NCBI RefSeq assembly: GCF_006345805.1
Contig: NC_043008.1
Location: forward strand, 57,722,001 to 57,786,000
Origin: Octopus sinensis
Taxonomy: Eukaryota
Direction of reading: 5' to 3'
DNA length: 64,000 nucleotides
Within the stretch, counting starts at the first letter, position 1; every line of letters begins with the position of its first letter. The notes under the pieces are model-generated. The model saw nothing but the letters and a program-made list of their open reading frames with translations, searched no databases and was not told where the DNA came from. The position numbers and the translations under genes were made by a program. Below, piece after piece: positions 60,990 through 64,000 of this stretch.

Positions 60990-61275
60990 AATTACCTATC
61001 CAGCAGAGCATGCTAGCTTCATTTCTTTCAAGCCTTCACAAGCCCTCTGTACTTAAAGGCCATGTTTCACTGCTATGTAACATAGCTTTACATACACAGG
61101 CATTATATAATCTGCCTGTCATTTTGAAGGAGAGACCCTTAGTTACCAAAAAATGTAGAAGCACTCTGAATTTTACCCAGCCTGTTTTTATTCTAGCAAC
61201 TACACTTTCAGAACTCCCTCCCCCACTGCTAACTTGGTCTCCTAGATCAGTACTTCTCAAACTATCTGGTGTGGC
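60990..61275 (-). mobile_element. RTE ORF2 fragment abutting a plus-strand SINE A head (60862-60990)
   Basis: LGDQVSSGGGSSESVVARIKTGWVKFRVLL...RLYNACVCKAMLHSSETWPLSTEGL*RLERNEASMLCW, the YLG...RI..GW.KF...LLYG.ETW region of RTE ORF2. Confidence 0.85.
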
Positions 61276-61403
61276 ATACTGGCAGCTTTTTTTTTTTCTT
61301 TCCAATGTGCCGGGGACCGGTAATATTTTTTAGTAATATCAATTTATACCGGAAACAATATATATAATGGATACAATAAAAGTTGACAATTTTTTAAATC
61401 TTC

Positions 61404-61809
61404 TACTCTTTACTCTTTTATTTGTTTCAGTCATTTGACTGCGGCCATGCTGGAGCACCGCCTTTAGTCGAGCAAATCGACCCCTGGACTTATTCTTTGT
61501 AAGCCTAGTACTTATTCTATCGGTCTCTCTTGCTGAACTGCTAAGTTACGGGGACATAAACACACCAGCATTGGTTGTCAATCGATGTTGGCGGGGACAA
61601 ACACAGACATACCAACACATACACACGCATTCACATATATATACATATATACGACGGGCTTCTTTCAGTTTCCATCTACCAAATCCACTCACAAGGCTTT
61701 GGTCGGCCCGAGACTATAGTAGAAGACAGTTGCCCAAGGTGCCGCGCAGTGTGACTGAACCCGGAACCATGTGGTTGGTAAGCAAGCTACTTACCACACA
61801 GCCACTCCT
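61404..61809 (-). mobile_element. SINE family A, full length, inverted relative to 60305-60780
   Basis: Reverse complement of the A consensus. Confidence 0.9.
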
Positions 61810-62677
61810 AAACAAATAATACAATATTATATAAGCTTTTTATAAGCATGTTATAATGTTTCTTTCTTTTCTGGAAACTCGCCACATACAAGCAGCTGAT
61901 GGCTCACAGACCAGCAACAGTCCGCAGACCACCACATTGAGTAGCACTGCCCCAGATAACAGAAGCTATCTACTACTTCTCATGATCCACCTGAGCATTT
62001 GAGGAAACCTATTGTCTTCAATCATTACATTTGACAAAATAATCTGATTGCTAAAGGGTTAATTTTTCTACCAGGCTTTAAAAAAAAATTACAATGACTG
62101 GGTTGATTCATTCAACTAAAATGTTTCAAGGTAGTACCCCAGCATGGACACAATATTTGGATTTGAATTCAGAACATGAAGAACAAGAAAAAATAATGCT
62201 TTCAAATTTTGGCACGAGGCCAGCAATTTCGGGGAAGGGGCAAGTCAATTACATTGACCCCAGTGTTCAACTGGTACTTATTTTATCAACCCCAAAAGGA
62301 TGAAAGGCAAAGTCAATCTGGGCAAAATTTGAACTGAGAATGTAAAGATGGATGAAATATCACTTAGCATTTTTGCCTGGCACGCGACCGATTCTGCCAG
62401 CTTGCTGCCCTAACAAGAGTAAATATTACTAAGCGTTTCATCCGATACCCTAGCAACTCTGTCAATTATTGCCTTGACTGGTACTTTATTGATCGCAGAA
62501 GAACAAAAAGGTAAAATTACCTTGGCTGCATTTCAACTCTCAAGGGAAGTGTACTAAATTGCTTAATGCACTTTGCATTAATTCAACTAAACACACACTA
62601 GATAAACCAGTAGGGATTAAACCTTTGAATGAAACATTTGGATTCAGCAAGGAACATTATGTCTCTTTTTCAATTAA

Positions 62678-64000
62678 CCCTTTAGCGTTCAGACTACGCC
62701 GTCAAATGTAATGCTTATTTATTCATAGGCACGGCTATGTGGTAACAAGCTTGCTTCCCAACCACATGGATCCAGGTTCAGTCACACTGTGTGTCACCTT
62801 GGACAAGTGTCTTCTACTATAGCCTCAAGCTGACTTAACCCTTTAGTATTTAAACTGGCCATATCCGGCCAAAAGTATTCTGCCTGTTTTATGTTCAAAC
62901 TGGTCAGATCTGGTCTCTCACACCAAACCTACAATATCGTTTTAAAAATTAACAGCTACCTCATCAAAATCTCATAGCTACAAGATAATGCATGATTAGT
63001 TCAAAACAATGTGGATAAAAAAGGATTAACTTTGCCAGAATAATGTGAACACGAAAGGGTTAAGTCTTGTGAGTGGATTTCGTTGACGGAAACTGAAAGA
63101 AACCCGCCACACACACACACACACCACACACACACACACACACATACACACATATATATATATATACAGGACATCAAAAAAATGTTGAACACAATGAGAA
63201 ATGAGACATGCAACATAAAGAATATTCCCCTTCATCAGTTGTCCCTGTTTCATCTACTACGTGTTTTGAGTATATATATATGTGTGTATATATGCATATA
63301 TTTATATATTATTTATATTATGATATGATCGACTGCCATGTATCCTTTTCCAAGTATATATATATATATATATTCAAAATATATAATCAAAATAAGCAAC
63401 AAGAATGACTCCGGTAATTTGGTATGATCGTTTCATACTACATCATTTTATTAAATGTTGTAAGTATTACAACAGTTTTAAAATGCTGAGCACTCATCAG
63501 CCAATTATAGAGGTTTTCCATTAATACAAAAATTTTCATATCAAGTGGCAACATTATAGAGAAGGTAGATATATAGACAAAGATGTAGATTTAAATTTTA
63601 AGAACATTTGAGATAGTGGAGCCCATCAACTGACTGACTAAGATTCAGTTGTTCCAGATGTGTCTTTGTGTCTGTATTTGTCCCCCACCACCACATGACA
63701 ACTGGTGTTGGTGTATTTATATCCCTGTAACTTAGCAGTTCAGCAAAAGCAACTGATAGAATAAGTACCAAGCTTAAAAAAACAAGTTCTGGGGTTGAGT
63801 TGTTTGACTAAAACCCTTCAAGGTTGTGCTCCAGCATGGCTGCAGTCAAAAGACTGAAACAAGTAAAAGTTAAAAAATAAAAGATATAAAAAATGTTTTC
63901 GAATTAATCATGTATTCTCTTGTATCTTCGAGATTTCAATAATGTGATTGTTTATTTTTAGAATGACATTGTAGGGTAGGTGAGAGAGGCCAAATCTGGC
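62678..64000. mobile_element. Nested stack: MITE P1 (62678-62725 and 63893-64000) containing SINE A (62726-63885) containing MITE P1 (62839-63059)
   Basis: Inner MITE flanked by TTAA (62835-62838, 63060-63063); the SINE resumes at gtcttgtgagtgg; the outer MITE resumes at tgttttcgaattaatcatg. Confidence 0.8.

Overview
AT-rich metazoan DNA with no prokaryotic features. It is very probably from an octopod cephalopod (Octopus), inferred from the repeat families as I recall them. The only host gene I can support is the 5' half of ZFR (zinc finger RNA-binding protein, Drosophila Zn72D orthologue) on the minus strand. It has six coding exons with canonical GT-AG sites and consistent phases (11328-11116, 8397-8277, 6114-5923, 4339-4143, 1023-844, 756-489) and continues past the left edge. 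These exons encode the A/Y/Q/T-rich N-terminus and zinc fingers 1-2. The upstream exon(s) are not identified; the best candidates lie in a ~10.5 kb repeat-free, CpG-retaining, microsatellite-rich block (45.5-56 kb). The rest is a dense patchwork of repeats: tRNA-derived SINEs, RTE-, BovB- and CR1-type LINE fragments, mariner, pogo and Tigger relics, and two kinds of MITE (TTAA target and 8-bp target). I did not find a clearly new multi-gene system. The leads most worth following are: (i) long fold-backs and inverted repeat pairs next to exons of a gene whose orthologues regulate A-to-I editing; (ii) the repeat-free putative promoter domain, with divergent splice donors and a miRNA-sized hairpin; (iii) a 57-62 kb cluster of template-switch-type inversions whose junctions can be read from the sequence. 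Boundaries of old repeats are approximate, and identities were estimated by eye.
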